Notes: generated by a model from the letters alone, not told the origin. Shown: positions 1 through 10,078, counted from the first letter of the stretch. The stretch is 64,000 nt of DNA from an uncultured Alphaproteobacteria bacterium (GCA_944392835.1 CALXYB010000002.1:95917-159916), one strand, 5' to 3'. Made by a program: numbers and translations.

Positions 1-747
1 ATTCGGACAGATATGGGTCTTAAAATCCGCGAATGTTTTATCGCCAAGCCCGGTTATAAAATTATCTCTTCCGACTATTCGCAGGTTGAATTGCGGTTGA
101 TGGCCGTGGTGGCTGATGTTAAAGCCCTCAAAGATGCTTTTAATCATGGTATTGATATTCATACGGCAACGGCGGCAAAAGTCTTTAATGTTCCGGCTGA
201 GCAAGTTGATCATAATTTGCGCCGCCATGCCAAAACCATCAATTTCGGCGTGATTTACGGTATTTCGCAATATGGTCTGGCCAAACAACTCGGAATCTCT
301 GCCGGTGAGGCCAAAAACTATATAGACAACTATTTTCGCCAGATGCCCGAAATTAAAACTTATATGGAAAAGACTATTGATTTTGCGCATAAGAACGGTT
401 TTGTTCTGACCCCCTACGGGCGAAAATGTTTTGTTTACGGAATTAATGACAGCAACAAGCGTCTTGCGGCAAATGCCGAAAGAGCCGCAATTAACGCTCC
501 CTTGCAAGGCGGCGCGGCTGATATTATCAAAATAGCCATGAACCAATGTTTGTGGCGGTTGCAAAAGGGCGGATTCAAAACCAAAATGCTTTTGCAAGTG
601 CATGACGAGTTGGTTTTTGAAGCTCCCGATGATGAAGTTGAGACCGTCAAAACTTTGATAAAAGAAACAATGGAGAATGTGGTTAAATTTGACATTCCCT
701 TTATTGCCGAAACAGGTGTCGGGCAAAATTGGGCGGAAGCGCACTAG
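1..747 (+). CDS. polA: DNA polymerase I, C-terminal polymerase domain (5' end outside window)
   Basis: ORF 13..747 stays in frame back to base 1. The protein carries pol I palm/fingers motifs (RRHAKTINFGVIYG, QVHDELVFE). Confidence 0.9.
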   Translation: MRTDMGLKIRECFIAKPGYKIISSDYSQVELRLMAVVADVKALKDAFNHGIDIHTATAAKVFNVPAEQVDHNLRRHAKTINFGVIYGISQYGLAKQLGISAGEAKNYIDNYFRQMPEIKTYMEKTIDFAHKNGFVLTPYGRKCFVYGINDSNKRLAANAERAAINAPLQGGAADIIKIAMNQCLWRLQKGGFKTKMLLQVHDELVFEAPDDEVETVKTLIKETMENVVKFDIPFIAETGVGQNWAEAH

Positions 748-1817
748 CCTTGTTGTTGGTCTTTCTTAGACTTTAATTGTCCGCAGGCGGCTAAAATATC
801 TTGTCCGCGCGGGGTTCTTATCGGTGCGGCATAGCCCGCATGATTTAAGACTTTGGCAAAAGCATGAATCCGGTTGTTGGAACTTGGTTCAAAACCGCAA
901 CCCGGCCAAGGATTGAAAGCTATCAGATTAAACTTAGCATTGATTTGATATTTTTTCATCAAATTTATCAGTTGATTGGCATTCTCTATGGAATCGTTAA
1001 CACCGTTTAACATCAGATATTCAAAAGTTATGTAACGGCTGCCATCCTTGCTTTGGTAGTCCTGACAAGCCTTCATTACTTCGGCTAAAGGATATTTTTT
1101 GTTTATCGGCATTATTTGTGAGCGAATCTCATCGGTGGGCGCATGCAGGCTGATGGCTAAGCGAACACCCGTTGCCTCGGCAACCTCCACAATCTTTGGC
1201 GCAATTCCCGAAGTGGAAAGCGTTATGCGGCGGCGTGAAACAGCGATACCCTCGCCATCGGTTATGATATTCATGGCTTTGACAACATTTTCTACATTTT
1301 GCAGAGGTTCGCCCATACCCATAACCACAATGTTGGACAGCATTCGGTTCTCATCCGTTTTGGTCGGCCATTCATCATAAACATCACGCGCAACCATAAA
1401 CTGCCCGACTATCTCTCCGGCGGTTAGGTTTCTGGTTAATTTCTGGCTTCCCGTATGACAAAAGCGGCATCCCATCGCACAACCGACTTGAGTGGAAATG
1501 CAAACCGCACCGCGGTCTTCTTCCGGAATATAGACCATCTCAACTCTTTGTCCGTCCGCAAACTCCAGCAACCATTTATGAGTCTTGTCTACCGAGATTT
1601 GTTCGGTAACAATTTTTGGTCTTGTAATCGTGAAGTTTTCAGCCAATTTGGCACGCAAGTCTTTTGAAAAACTGGTCATTTTTTCAAAATCACTTACGCC
1701 ATGGTAATATAGCCACTGCCAAAGTTGTTTGGCGCGAAAAGATTTTTCGCCAAGCTTGGAGATTTGCTCGGCAATCTCTTCTTTGCTTAAACCTAAGAGT
1801 TCTGTTTTATCCGTCAT
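744..1817 (-). CDS. rlmN: 23S rRNA m2A2503 / tRNA methyltransferase RlmN (radical SAM)
   Basis: 357 aa with a CxxxCxxC radical-SAM cluster (CAMGCRFCHTG) and full-length RlmN-like sequence. Confidence 0.9.
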   Translation of the reverse strand: MTDKTELLGLSKEEIAEQISKLGEKSFRAKQLWQWLYYHGVSDFEKMTSFSKDLRAKLAENFTITRPKIVTEQISVDKTHKWLLEFADGQRVEMVYIPEEDRGAVCISTQVGCAMGCRFCHTGSQKLTRNLTAGEIVGQFMVARDVYDEWPTKTDENRMLSNIVVMGMGEPLQNVENVVKAMNIITDGEGIAVSRRRITLSTSGIAPKIVEVAEATGVRLAISLHAPTDEIRSQIMPINKKYPLAEVMKACQDYQSKDGSRYITFEYLMLNGVNDSIENANQLINLMKKYQINAKFNLIAFNPWPGCGFEPSSNNRIHAFAKVLNHAGYAAPIRTPRGQDILAACGQLKSKKDQQQG

Positions 1818-2335
1818 TATTTCTTACCGCATTTAGCACTGATGGCCTTGTAAGCATTGCTGAAACCAGCCAAAGAATAAGTGTCTTTGGTGTCGGTTCC
1901 GCGTGCGGAAGTTCCGTTGACAATCATACGCTCGCCACGCTTCATCCCGTCAACCAATTCTCTGTCTACACGGTCGCTTACTGCCCAAGCCTTGTCGCCG
2001 CTTGTGAAGAGCTTTTTATATGTCTTGGTGCCGATTTTGACAACAACAGGAGAATCCGGCTTGAAGGTATAGCCGGCTACAAAATTGACGACATCAAAGC
2101 TTTTTTCTGCCGGACGATGGGTTACGACGGCATAAATATCACCGCGTTTGGTATATTTGCCTTCATCTTTCTTCGGCGTGGAGGCCATATAGCAAACAAT
2201 ACCGTTGGAATCCTTGTGATAATAGGCAACCCAATCATCATATTCGCCAATAAGCTTTGGACCTGAAGCAGCTGCATTTGCGCCGCCTGCAACAAGCAAA
2301 CTAAAAAGAGAAACAGATAAAAACTTTTTTAACAT
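1817..2335 (-). CDS. Invasion-associated locus B (IalB)-family periplasmic protein
   Basis: Internal Met start gives about 172 aa with a signal peptide (MLKKFLSVSLFSLLVAGGANA) and an IalB-like body. The longer tool ORF (1817..2761) extends upstream as non-coding read-through. Confidence 0.7.
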   Translation of the reverse strand: MLKKFLSVSLFSLLVAGGANAAASGPKLIGEYDDWVAYYHKDSNGIVCYMASTPKKDEGKYTKRGDIYAVVTHRPAEKSFDVVNFVAGYTFKPDSPVVVKIGTKTYKKLFTSGDKAWAVSDRVDRELVDGMKRGERMIVNGTSARGTDTKDTYSLAGFSNAYKAISAKCGKK

Positions 2336-2440
2336 ACTCTTGTACCCACAATTTATGATTATTTGCCAATTATTATATTTGAAAAATATATAAAAACTGT
2401 TAACAATAAGGCAGATTTTAAAATATCGGGAAAAAACAAA

Positions 2441-3682
2441 ATGATTAGAGATAATTATCTGGATATGAGCAAAATTATTCAGGACAAAAAGGTTCTGAAG
2501 TTGTTTCGCGTGGTGGAAAGCCACGGCGGCGCGCTTCGTTTCGTTGGTGGTGCCGTGCGTGATGCTTTGGCCGGCCTTAAAGGTTTTGATTTGGACTTGG
2601 CAACCGACCTTTCTCCCGATGAGTTGGTTGAGGCTTGTTCCGAAAATGGTTTGCGCACCGTGCCTATCGGCATTAAGTTCGGTACGGTCGGTGTTATTAT
2701 CAATGACAAGGTTTTGGAAGTTACGTCTTTGCGCCGCGATGTTAAAACCGACGGTCGCCACGCCGAAGTTGAATTTACGACCGACTGGGAAGCTGATGCG
2801 GCTCGCCGCGACCTAACAATCAACGCTGTTTATGCCGATGAAAAAGGCAATGTTTTTGATTACTATAACGGTATTGAGGACTTGGAAAAAGGTATTGTTC
2901 GTTTTATCGGTAATCCCAACCATCGCATTAAAGAAGATTATTTGCGAATCTTGCGTTTCTTCCGTTTTTATTCTCTCTTTGGCAAAGGCGAAATGGATGA
3001 AAAAGCTCTTAAAGCCTGTGTGGAGAATCGTGAAGGATTAAAAAACCTATCCATTGAACGAATCCGTGATGAATTTTCTAAAATCTTGTTGACCCCAAAT
3101 GTGAGCAAAACGCTCAAGATTATGTTTGATAATGAGATTTTGGGTTTTCTTCTCCCAACCTCTCAGAATTTTGAGCAGCTTGATTTTTTGATTAAGTTGG
3201 TTGATGATGAAAATATCCCTCATGCGGCAATGCGGCGGTTGTTCGTTTTATATCAACCTGACGAAGAATTGGCCGAGAGCTTGGCAACTCGCTTGCACCT
3301 GACCAAAAAGCAACGTGAATCTTTCGTCCGTTGGGCGGTGATTTCTCTTCCCGACAATGCTTTTGATGACGACAAGAATATCATGCGGTTGATTTATAAA
3401 TATGGTAAAGAATTTTGCCGCGACAAAATGTTGTTGCAATCTGCTTTAGAGATGAAAAATGTTGTTAATCTTCACCAAAAACTACAACAGATTGAAGATG
3501 CCATTGTTCCTATCTTTCCGCTGCGTGGCAAAGATATTATCAGTGCAGGTATCAATAATAACCGGAAAATCGGTTCGGTTTTAGATGAGTTGGAAAGACT
3601 TTGGATTGAAAGTGATTTTCAGCTTACCAGAGAAGAGTTATTGAGCAGAATCGGCGAGATTTATCAGGAAGCAACCGCTTAA
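2441..3682 (+). CDS. tRNA nucleotidyltransferase (CCA-adding enzyme) / poly(A) polymerase family
   Basis: PolyA_pol head domain motifs (GGAVRD, DLDLAT). The tool start at 2363 is a TTG in the AT-rich promoter region; ATG 2441 (MIRDNYLD) is the more likely start. Confidence 0.85.
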   Translation: MIRDNYLDMSKIIQDKKVLKLFRVVESHGGALRFVGGAVRDALAGLKGFDLDLATDLSPDELVEACSENGLRTVPIGIKFGTVGVIINDKVLEVTSLRRDVKTDGRHAEVEFTTDWEADAARRDLTINAVYADEKGNVFDYYNGIEDLEKGIVRFIGNPNHRIKEDYLRILRFFRFYSLFGKGEMDEKALKACVENREGLKNLSIERIRDEFSKILLTPNVSKTLKIMFDNEILGFLLPTSQNFEQLDFLIKLVDDENIPHAAMRRLFVLYQPDEELAESLATRLHLTKKQRESFVRWAVISLPDNAFDDDKNIMRLIYKYGKEFCRDKMLLQSALEMKNVVNLHQKLQQIEDAIVPIFPLRGKDIISAGINNNRKIGSVLDELERLWIESDFQLTREELLSRIGEIYQEATA

Positions 3683-3686
3683 AATT

Positions 3687-3716
3687 AAGGCAACCATAAA
3701 AGGTTGCCTTTTTTTA
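3687..3716 (+). terminator. Rho-independent terminator between the convergent CCA gene and recR
   Basis: Stem aaggcaacc/ggttgcctt closes a 5-nt loop and is followed by T7. An A-run on the other side would serve recR. Confidence 0.65.
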
Positions 3717-4307
3717 TAACAATTTTCGTGAATTTAGCGCGAGTTGGAGCGTGCCTTCGTCCATATAATCCAGCTCCGCACCCATCGGGATTCCTTGTGC
3801 CAAGGTTGTTACTTTAACATCCATATCTTTTAAGCGCGAAACGAGATAATGCGAGGTGATTTGCCCGTCTACCGTTGCAGGCAGAGCCAAAATCACCTCT
3901 TTAATGTCATCTTTTTTGATACGGCAAAGCAAAGATTCTATATTCAAATCCTCCGGCGCAATACCGTCTAAGGCTGATAAAACACCGCCTAAGACATGAT
4001 ATTTGCCCTTGAAAAAAGAAACTCTTTCCATCGCCCATAAATCAGCAACATCTTGCACGACACAAAGCAGATTATTCTCTCTCTTTTCTGAGGCGCAAAT
4101 GGAGCAAGGCGAAACCGTGTCATAATTGCCGCAGATTTCGCAAGTTTTGACATTGGCCGCAACTTCTTGCAAAGCCTCTATCAGCGGTAAAAACAAAGTC
4201 TCACGCTTTTTTAAGAGCTGCAAAACAATACGCCTTGAAGAGCGTGTTCCCAGCGAGGGTAGCTTGGAAATAATCTTGGCGAGTTTTTCTATTTCTTTTC
4301 CAGACAC
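3714..4307 (-). CDS. recR: Recombination protein RecR
   Basis: 197 aa with a C4 zinc finger (CEICGNYDTVSPCSIC) and Toprim domain. Confidence 0.92.
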   Translation of the reverse strand: MSGKEIEKLAKIISKLPSLGTRSSRRIVLQLLKKRETLFLPLIEALQEVAANVKTCEICGNYDTVSPCSICASEKRENNLLCVVQDVADLWAMERVSFFKGKYHVLGGVLSALDGIAPEDLNIESLLCRIKKDDIKEVILALPATVDGQITSHYLVSRLKDMDVKVTTLAQGIPMGAELDYMDEGTLQLALNSRKLL

Positions 4308-4319
4308 GTTTTTTCTCTG

Positions 4320-4640
4320 CTAAAAAGGTAACTTTAAGCCGCCGAGATTTAACCCGCCGGTTACATCTTTCATACCTTCGGCCATAGAAGCGTCTACTTT
4401 GCCGTGTGCATCATTATAAGCAGCAACAATCATATCTTCCAAAATGCTTGTATCTTCTTCATCAAGCAAGGACTTGTCTATCTCAATCTTTTTCATTTCA
4501 AATTTGCCGTTTAAGGTGATTTTTACCATTCCGCCGCCGGAGGTTCCCGTGAGTTCTTGTTCGGCAAGTTTGGCTTGTGCTTCTTCCATTTTTTTCTGCA
4601 TCATTTGGGCTTGTTTCATCAATCCCTGAATATTCATCAT
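4320..4640 (-). CDS. ybaB: Nucleoid-associated protein YbaB/EbfC
   Basis: 106 aa YbaB-family sequence in the canonical position between dnaX and recR. Confidence 0.9.
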   Translation of the reverse strand: MMNIQGLMKQAQMMQKKMEEAQAKLAEQELTGTSGGGMVKITLNGKFEMKKIEIDKSLLDEEDTSILEDMIVAAYNDAHGKVDASMAEGMKDVTGGLNLGGLKLPF

Positions 4641-4642
4641 AA

Positions 4643-6382
4643 CTAATTTTCCTCTTCAAAAAACAGTTCGCTGTCGGCTTCCCCGTCCGCCATTTCTTCC
4701 AAATCCACCCTACGGGTCAGGGTTTCTATCTTCGCTCCTTTGAACTCCGCCATAATCGCCTTGACCAAAGGATATTCCATAATGCTGCGCTTTTCTTCTT
4801 CCGATTTGGCGCGCTCTTTGTCGGCAATGGTTTCTCCCAAGTGGCCGCGTAAAATGTCTATCTTCCATTCCTTACCCGTGGCTTCGGCTAAAATCTTGTG
4901 CAGATTCATAATAAAATCCGGATGGATTTTATCCGAAATTGTCATCTTCATAAAGCCGTCCGAAAATTCATGGATTGTTACATCATTTTTGATGGCATAA
5001 GATACCAGCATTTTGCGGTTTGCTTCCAAATAAGCAACCAAATCTTCTGCAGATTTGAAGATACCGCTATTGGTTTTCTCCTGCGTAGGCTCTTCTTTTA
5101 TGACGGGATTTACAGCCATCGGTTCAGGTGCTTTTTGCGGCGCACCGGCCGCTGCCTCAAAAGGGCGAGAATTGCCTAGGCTAGAGTTTTTTTTTACGTC
5201 ATTTAACAATTCATAAGGCGTGGGCAAGTTTGCGGAATAAGCCACACGAATCAGAATCATTTCCAAAGCATCAATCTGAACCGGAGCAACCTGAAGTTCG
5301 CCCAAACCTTTTATCATCATCTGCCAAATTTTGGATAAAACGGCAATGGAAACAACCGGAGACATTTTGTTGCAAAAATCGCGCTCATTCTCGGTTAAAC
5401 TGATGTCATTAACCGAAGAGGGTATAATCCGCGCTTTGGCTAACATATGCGTGATGTTGATTAAATCCTGCAACAAAGTTGTCGGGTTTGCGCCGTTTTT
5501 GTATTGTTCCTGAAGATTGGTTATAACCTTATCAACCTTACCTGTTGCCAAATTTTCAAACAGCTCAAAAACCTGATTGCGGTCAGCCAAGCCTATCATA
5601 TTTTTGACAATGTCGGTGCGAACTTTGCCGCCGCCTAAAGAGATGGATTGGTCTAGTAAAGATTCACCATCACGCGCCGAGCCATCTGCCGCTTTGGCGA
5701 TGATGTGCAAAGCCTCTTCATCATAAGAAATTTTTTCATTGTCCAGAATCTTTTTGAAAAGTCCGGTTAAATCCTCAATGCTGATTCTTTGCAAATCAAA
5801 CCTTTGGCAACGGGATAATATGGTTACCGGAACTTTGCGAATCTCGGTTGTGGCAAAGATGAATTTGACATGAGAAGGTGGCTCTTCCAAAGTTTTGAGC
5901 AACGCGTTGAACGCACTTTTGGAAAGCATGTGGACTTCGTCTATGATATAGATTTTGTAACGCGCATTGGTTGGCTTGTAGCGTACACCGTCCAAAATCT
6001 CGCGGATATCGTCAACACCGGTATGCGAAGCGGCATCCAGCTCCATAACATCAATATGGCGGCCTTCGGTGATGGCTTTGCAATTTTCACAAACGCCGCA
6101 AGGATGAACCGTCGGTCCGCTTTTACCATCTAAGCCTATGCAGTTTAAGGCTTTGGCTATAATTCTGGCCGTGGTGGTTTTACCTACACCACGAATGCCC
6201 GTTAAGATATAGGCATGATGTAGACGATTGTTTTTGATGGCGTTGGTCAGGGTTTGCACCAAAGCATCCTGCCCGACAAGGTCATCAAAATTTTGCGGGC
6301 GATATTTGCGCGCAAGGACGACATATTGGTCATTATTGCCGGTTTCGGTGTTTGTGTTTTCTTCAGACATTGCAATCTTCAT
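4643..6382 (-). CDS. dnaX: DNA polymerase III subunits gamma/tau
   Basis: AAA+ Walker A (GIRGVGKTTTARI) and clamp-loader motifs. The ATG directly abuts ffs, so the true start may be the MSEEN Met 12 nt downstream. Confidence 0.9.
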   Translation of the reverse strand: MKIAMSEENTNTETGNNDQYVVLARKYRPQNFDDLVGQDALVQTLTNAIKNNRLHHAYILTGIRGVGKTTTARIIAKALNCIGLDGKSGPTVHPCGVCENCKAITEGRHIDVMELDAASHTGVDDIREILDGVRYKPTNARYKIYIIDEVHMLSKSAFNALLKTLEEPPSHVKFIFATTEIRKVPVTILSRCQRFDLQRISIEDLTGLFKKILDNEKISYDEEALHIIAKAADGSARDGESLLDQSISLGGGKVRTDIVKNMIGLADRNQVFELFENLATGKVDKVITNLQEQYKNGANPTTLLQDLINITHMLAKARIIPSSVNDISLTENERDFCNKMSPVVSIAVLSKIWQMMIKGLGELQVAPVQIDALEMILIRVAYSANLPTPYELLNDVKKNSSLGNSRPFEAAAGAPQKAPEPMAVNPVIKEEPTQEKTNSGIFKSAEDLVAYLEANRKMLVSYAIKNDVTIHEFSDGFMKMTISDKIHPDFIMNLHKILAEATGKEWKIDILRGHLGETIADKERAKSEEEKRSIMEYPLVKAIMAEFKGAKIETLTRRVDLEEMADGEADSELFFEEEN

Positions 6383-6388
6383 AAAAAA

Positions 6389-6484
6389 GAGGTGGAGAGC
6401 GCGCGACCTTAATCGATTCCGTTACGGTTGCTTCCTTCCGGACCTGACCGGGTTGGCGGAGAATTAACCCGCCGCCCTCCGTTA
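6389..6484 (-). ncRNA. ffs: Signal recognition particle 4.5S RNA (ffs)
   Basis: The minus strand reads GGTCAGGTCCGGAAGGAAGCAACCG, matching the conserved SRP RNA domain IV (CAGGUCCGGAAGGAAGCAGC). The ends can pair (GGAGGGCGG ... CGCGCUCUCC) and a T6 run follows. ffs-dnaX-ybaB-recR synteny supports the call. Confidence 0.8.
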
Positions 6485-6556
6485 AAAAACTTCTTTTAAT
6501 ATCGTTGTTTTTTGCCCTTTTTTCAAGGAAAAAATAAACAATTTAACAGGTTGAGC

Positions 6557-8032
6557 TTAGTTTGGAACTCTGATGTTGAGTTTGGCCAAAGCATCTCTCG
6601 TAATCTCTTGTTCTTGCTCAAACGAAATATAGGCTTCCGGCTGGTTTTCGGGGCTTAAGGGATGTCCGTAAATCAATGTTTGCGCCGTGGTTCTGTCCTT
6701 GCCGAAAATCAGAGGGGCACGATATAAAGAATCTATCTCCAAAGGCTTGGAAGAATCGGCCATAACAGATGTTTCAAACCGCTTGGGTGCTGCGTCTACA
6801 ACGACATCTCCCGTGCTTCTGACCTCAACAATGTCCAAACTATGTTCGTTGCGACCATCCATATATAAACGGAAAACGCCATTAATACCGATGTATCCAT
6901 CCGGGTCGGTAATCGCTTCGGTCAGGTTGTCTTTGTCTTGTTTGGATAAAGCAGAGGCTAAAGCAACACCGTCATAAGCAAAGGAGTAAAGCGTGTTCGG
7001 GCGCTCGCCGAAATAATCATTATATTTGTTGGAAAAATATGCGCTATGAGATCTGGACATTGCCGGATACCAACTGCCAAACAAGGTGGTTTCTTTGTTT
7101 AAGCTTGTATTTTCCCAAATGGATGTGCCTAAAAATTTTACTTTCGGCGAAAAGACATCATAGTAGCCAAACATAGAGGCTGCTGATTTTAAGCGCGGAC
7201 CGTATTCCGGAATAATAACGGCGTCAAAATCAACATCGCCCAATGTGTCTAACGGTTCCAAGCGTTTCAGAACTTTGGCCGCATTAGCATCCCCATTAGC
7301 AGATTTTGCTGCCATACTGGTGCGAATTTTTTGCAAACGTGCAACTCGCGCCGGATAATCGGTCATCTTTTTTAAGACATCAGAAAAATCGGTGGTATCC
7401 GGCGGATAAAAGCCTATGCGAACAACCTGAACATTGTTCCTTTGCGCGAACTTAACCGCAGCTTTAGCAACAGCTACGCCGGTTGAGTTATCCGGCACAA
7501 GCAAAGCAAATTTGGAGCGCCCCTTAGCTACGGCAAAAGACATTACACGACCGATTTGCTCATCAATCAACAAACCTAAAGTATAAATATTGCTTTGCAA
7601 AACATCTGTGTTGGTTGAAAAGGCGATTACGGGAACACCTTTATCTATCGCCTGATTGGAGATGGCCTTAACTTCTGAGCTCATCAAAGGTCCCAAAATC
7701 AAATCGGATTGTTGATTCAGTGCGTTTTCTATGGCAACGCGCGCACCTTCCGGTGTGCTCTTGGTGTCATAATACTGCAAAATGAGATTGGGGTTGCGAA
7801 CATCATCTAAGGCTATCATGGTAGCATTTTTTAGTCCCTGTCCTTGTTTGGCCGCGCTACCGCTTAAAGGTAAAAGCACCCCTACTCTGAAATTGCTTCG
7901 TCCACCCAAGTTTACTTCGCTATAATCCGTTGACATATCATCATAACCGCCCTGTGTGGCAACATCTGCCGAGCGACAGCCGGCCAAGATTGCAAAAAGG
8001 ACAAAGACAAAATATTTTTTTAGCACTTGCAT
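6557..8032 (-). CDS. Penicillin-binding protein activator LpoA/LppC-family lipoprotein (periplasmic-binding-protein fold)
   Basis: Lipobox LAGC with a PBP type-1 domain. It sits divergent to rsmI with yraN downstream, the same rsmI/lpoA/yraN arrangement as E. coli. Confidence 0.75.
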   Translation of the reverse strand: MQVLKKYFVFVLFAILAGCRSADVATQGGYDDMSTDYSEVNLGGRSNFRVGVLLPLSGSAAKQGQGLKNATMIALDDVRNPNLILQYYDTKSTPEGARVAIENALNQQSDLILGPLMSSEVKAISNQAIDKGVPVIAFSTNTDVLQSNIYTLGLLIDEQIGRVMSFAVAKGRSKFALLVPDNSTGVAVAKAAVKFAQRNNVQVVRIGFYPPDTTDFSDVLKKMTDYPARVARLQKIRTSMAAKSANGDANAAKVLKRLEPLDTLGDVDFDAVIIPEYGPRLKSAASMFGYYDVFSPKVKFLGTSIWENTSLNKETTLFGSWYPAMSRSHSAYFSNKYNDYFGERPNTLYSFAYDGVALASALSKQDKDNLTEAITDPDGYIGINGVFRLYMDGRNEHSLDIVEVRSTGDVVVDAAPKRFETSVMADSSKPLEIDSLYRAPLIFGKDRTTAQTLIYGHPLSPENQPEAYISFEQEQEITRDALAKLNIRVPN

Positions 8033-8130
8033 TTTACCTTAAAATAGAAAACAATCCGAAAATATAATGTATTATGAAACAATACTTAATCAGATTTAGA
8101 ATAAAATTCTCTTAATGTAAAGATAAAGAT

Positions 8131-8967
8131 ATGCAGAACGGATTATACATTGTGGCTACACCTATCGGAAATCTGGGAGATATTTCGCCCAGAGCCGTTG
8201 AAACGCTTAAAGAAGCTGACGTTATTGCTTGCGAAGATACTCGTATTACCAAAAAGCTTTTTGCTCTTCTTAATATCAACACGGCTAACAAGAAATTTGT
8301 TGTTTACCAAAACTATAACGAAGAAGATGAAGCGCAAAATATTTTGGATTTGGTAATCAATGAAAACAAAAGCATTGCTCTGGTCAGCGATGCGGGTTCA
8401 CCTCTGATTTCGGACCCCGGGTATAAGCTCATTCATAAGGCGCGCGAACAAGGTGTTTTTGTCAGCGTTTTGCCGGGTTGTTGCGCGCTTATTTGCGCTT
8501 TGCAGCTTTCCGGTCTGCCAACAAACCGTTTTCTCTTTGCCGGGTTTATTCCGAACAAAGACAAAGCTCGTTTTGATATATTAAGTGAATTTAAGGAAAC
8601 AAAAGCTACGATTGTTTTTTACGAAACGGCACAGCGTATTCTCAAAACCCTTGAAGCGGCCAAAGAAGTTTTTGGAGAAAGAGAAATGGCTGTTGCCCGC
8701 GAAATCAGCAAAGTTTATGAAGAATGCATCAACGGCACGGCGGCCGAACTTATTGAACATTTTAGCGCTAAAGAACCTAAAGGTGAAATGGTTCTAATGA
8801 TTGCTCCGGCTTCCGAAAAAGATTTTTCCGGCCTTGATGTTGAGGGAATCTTAAAGCAAAAACTTGCTGAAATGCCGCTTAAGTCTGCCGTTAAGGAAAT
8901 AGTTGCCTCTTACGGACTAAATAAAAACGAAATTTATGAGCTGGCTTTGAAACTTAAAAATGAATAA
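8131..8967 (+). CDS. rsmI: 16S rRNA (cytidine1402-2'-O)-methyltransferase RsmI
   Basis: Tetrapyrrole-methylase fold with the N-terminal motif LYIVATPIGNLGDIS. Confidence 0.9.
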   Translation: MQNGLYIVATPIGNLGDISPRAVETLKEADVIACEDTRITKKLFALLNINTANKKFVVYQNYNEEDEAQNILDLVINENKSIALVSDAGSPLISDPGYKLIHKAREQGVFVSVLPGCCALICALQLSGLPTNRFLFAGFIPNKDKARFDILSEFKETKATIVFYETAQRILKTLEAAKEVFGEREMAVAREISKVYEECINGTAAELIEHFSAKEPKGEMVLMIAPASEKDFSGLDVEGILKQKLAEMPLKSAVKEIVASYGLNKNEIYELALKLKNE

Positions 8968-9310
8968 TTATCACTCCGGACATTGGGCAGAATTTTTGGC
9001 GCGAAGCTTGTTTCGGCTGAAAGGTTATCGCATTGTTGCTGCAAACTATATTACCGGCAAGGGAACACATGCCGGAGAGGTGGATTTTGTCGCAAGAAAA
9101 GGCAAAATTTTGGTCTTTGTTGAGGTTAAAAAGCGCTCAACACTTGAAAATGCTGCTTATGCCCTGTCTGAAAAACAAAAACTTAGAATCCGCAACGGCG
9201 CGGAAGCCTTTTTGAAAAAGCACCCACAATATAGCTCTTATGATATCCGGTTTGATGCGGTTTTGGTGAAGCTTCCCTTCTCTCTTTTGCACCTGAAAAA
9301 CGCTTTTTAG
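8960..9310 (+). CDS. YraN/UPF0102 family endonuclease-like protein
   Basis: 116 aa UPF0102 protein translationally coupled to rsmI. Confidence 0.8.
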   Translation: MNNYHSGHWAEFLARSLFRLKGYRIVAANYITGKGTHAGEVDFVARKGKILVFVEVKKRSTLENAAYALSEKQKLRIRNGAEAFLKKHPQYSSYDIRFDAVLVKLPFSLLHLKNAF

Positions 9311-9311
9311 C

Positions 9312-10067
9312 TTATTCTACCGTATTTTCAATTAGTCTATCCAGATTGTTGCGCTCATAGTTATTGTAGCCCTCAAAATCTTCCTTGATTTGCTGAACTT
9401 TTTTCTTGCTTTCGCGGGCTTTTTCAATCTGCGGCTGAGCTAATTTTTCAAACAAAGCATCTACGTCATTTTTGTCTTTGTTTGTTTCTTTCTTATCCTT
9501 GGCTTCAGCTTTTTTCTCTTCTTTATCTTCATCTTCATCTGAGGTTAGGCCTACTTCAGATGTTTTTTCTTTGATGGTATCTAATGTATCTTTGGGTATC
9601 AGTTTTTCTATCGGCTCAGCAAAATTGCCTGCTATTTGGAAATATTTTGACTTCTTAAGCAACTCCGGCTGTGATTTGACAGGCATCATCCAACTGATGA
9701 GAATATACATCAAAACAACTAACAAAAAGGCTCTGACAATGCCGAAAAACAAGCCTAACATTCTGTCTAAGCCACTCAATTTGCTGGTGCGGATTTTGCC
9801 AACAACGCCGGCCGTGGCATAAATCCAGATAATCATAAAAATTATGATTATCAGCGATGCCGTTACAACACCAGACATCCAGCCGCTTTCAATATATTTC
9901 ATCATAAACGGGTTTAATACGGGCAAAAGATAAATAACCGATACGCCGGCCATGACCCAGCCAACAATTGATAAAACTTCTTTAACCAAACCTCTCCCCA
10001 AAGCAATAAGAGCTGAGATGGCAACAATAATTAAGATAGCAATATCCAGATTATTTAACTCTTGCAT
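9312..10067 (-). CDS. cvpA: CvpA (colicin V production) family membrane protein with long charged C-terminal tail
   Basis: Four TM helices typical of CvpA, plus an extra E/K-rich extension of about 90 aa. Confidence 0.75.
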   Translation of the reverse strand: MQELNNLDIAILIIVAISALIALGRGLVKEVLSIVGWVMAGVSVIYLLPVLNPFMMKYIESGWMSGVVTASLIIIIFMIIWIYATAGVVGKIRTSKLSGLDRMLGLFFGIVRAFLLVVLMYILISWMMPVKSQPELLKKSKYFQIAGNFAEPIEKLIPKDTLDTIKEKTSEVGLTSDEDEDKEEKKAEAKDKKETNKDKNDVDALFEKLAQPQIEKARESKKKVQQIKEDFEGYNNYERNNLDRLIENTVE

Positions 10068-10078
10068 TTGTTAATCCT

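Noticed and set aside
2363-2440. Tool start of the CCA-enzyme ORF
   Set aside because: It uses a TTG inside the AT-rich promoter region with no RBS. ATG 2441 gives a normal-length protein.
1817-2761. 314-aa ORF extending the IalB-like gene upstream
   Set aside because: The extension runs antisense through the promoter and 5' end of the CCA gene. The real protein starts at the internal Met with a signal peptide (2335).
6228-6467. 79-aa plus-strand ORF over the dnaX start and ffs
   Set aside because: It overlaps the SRP RNA gene and the dnaX 5' end and carries no coding signal.
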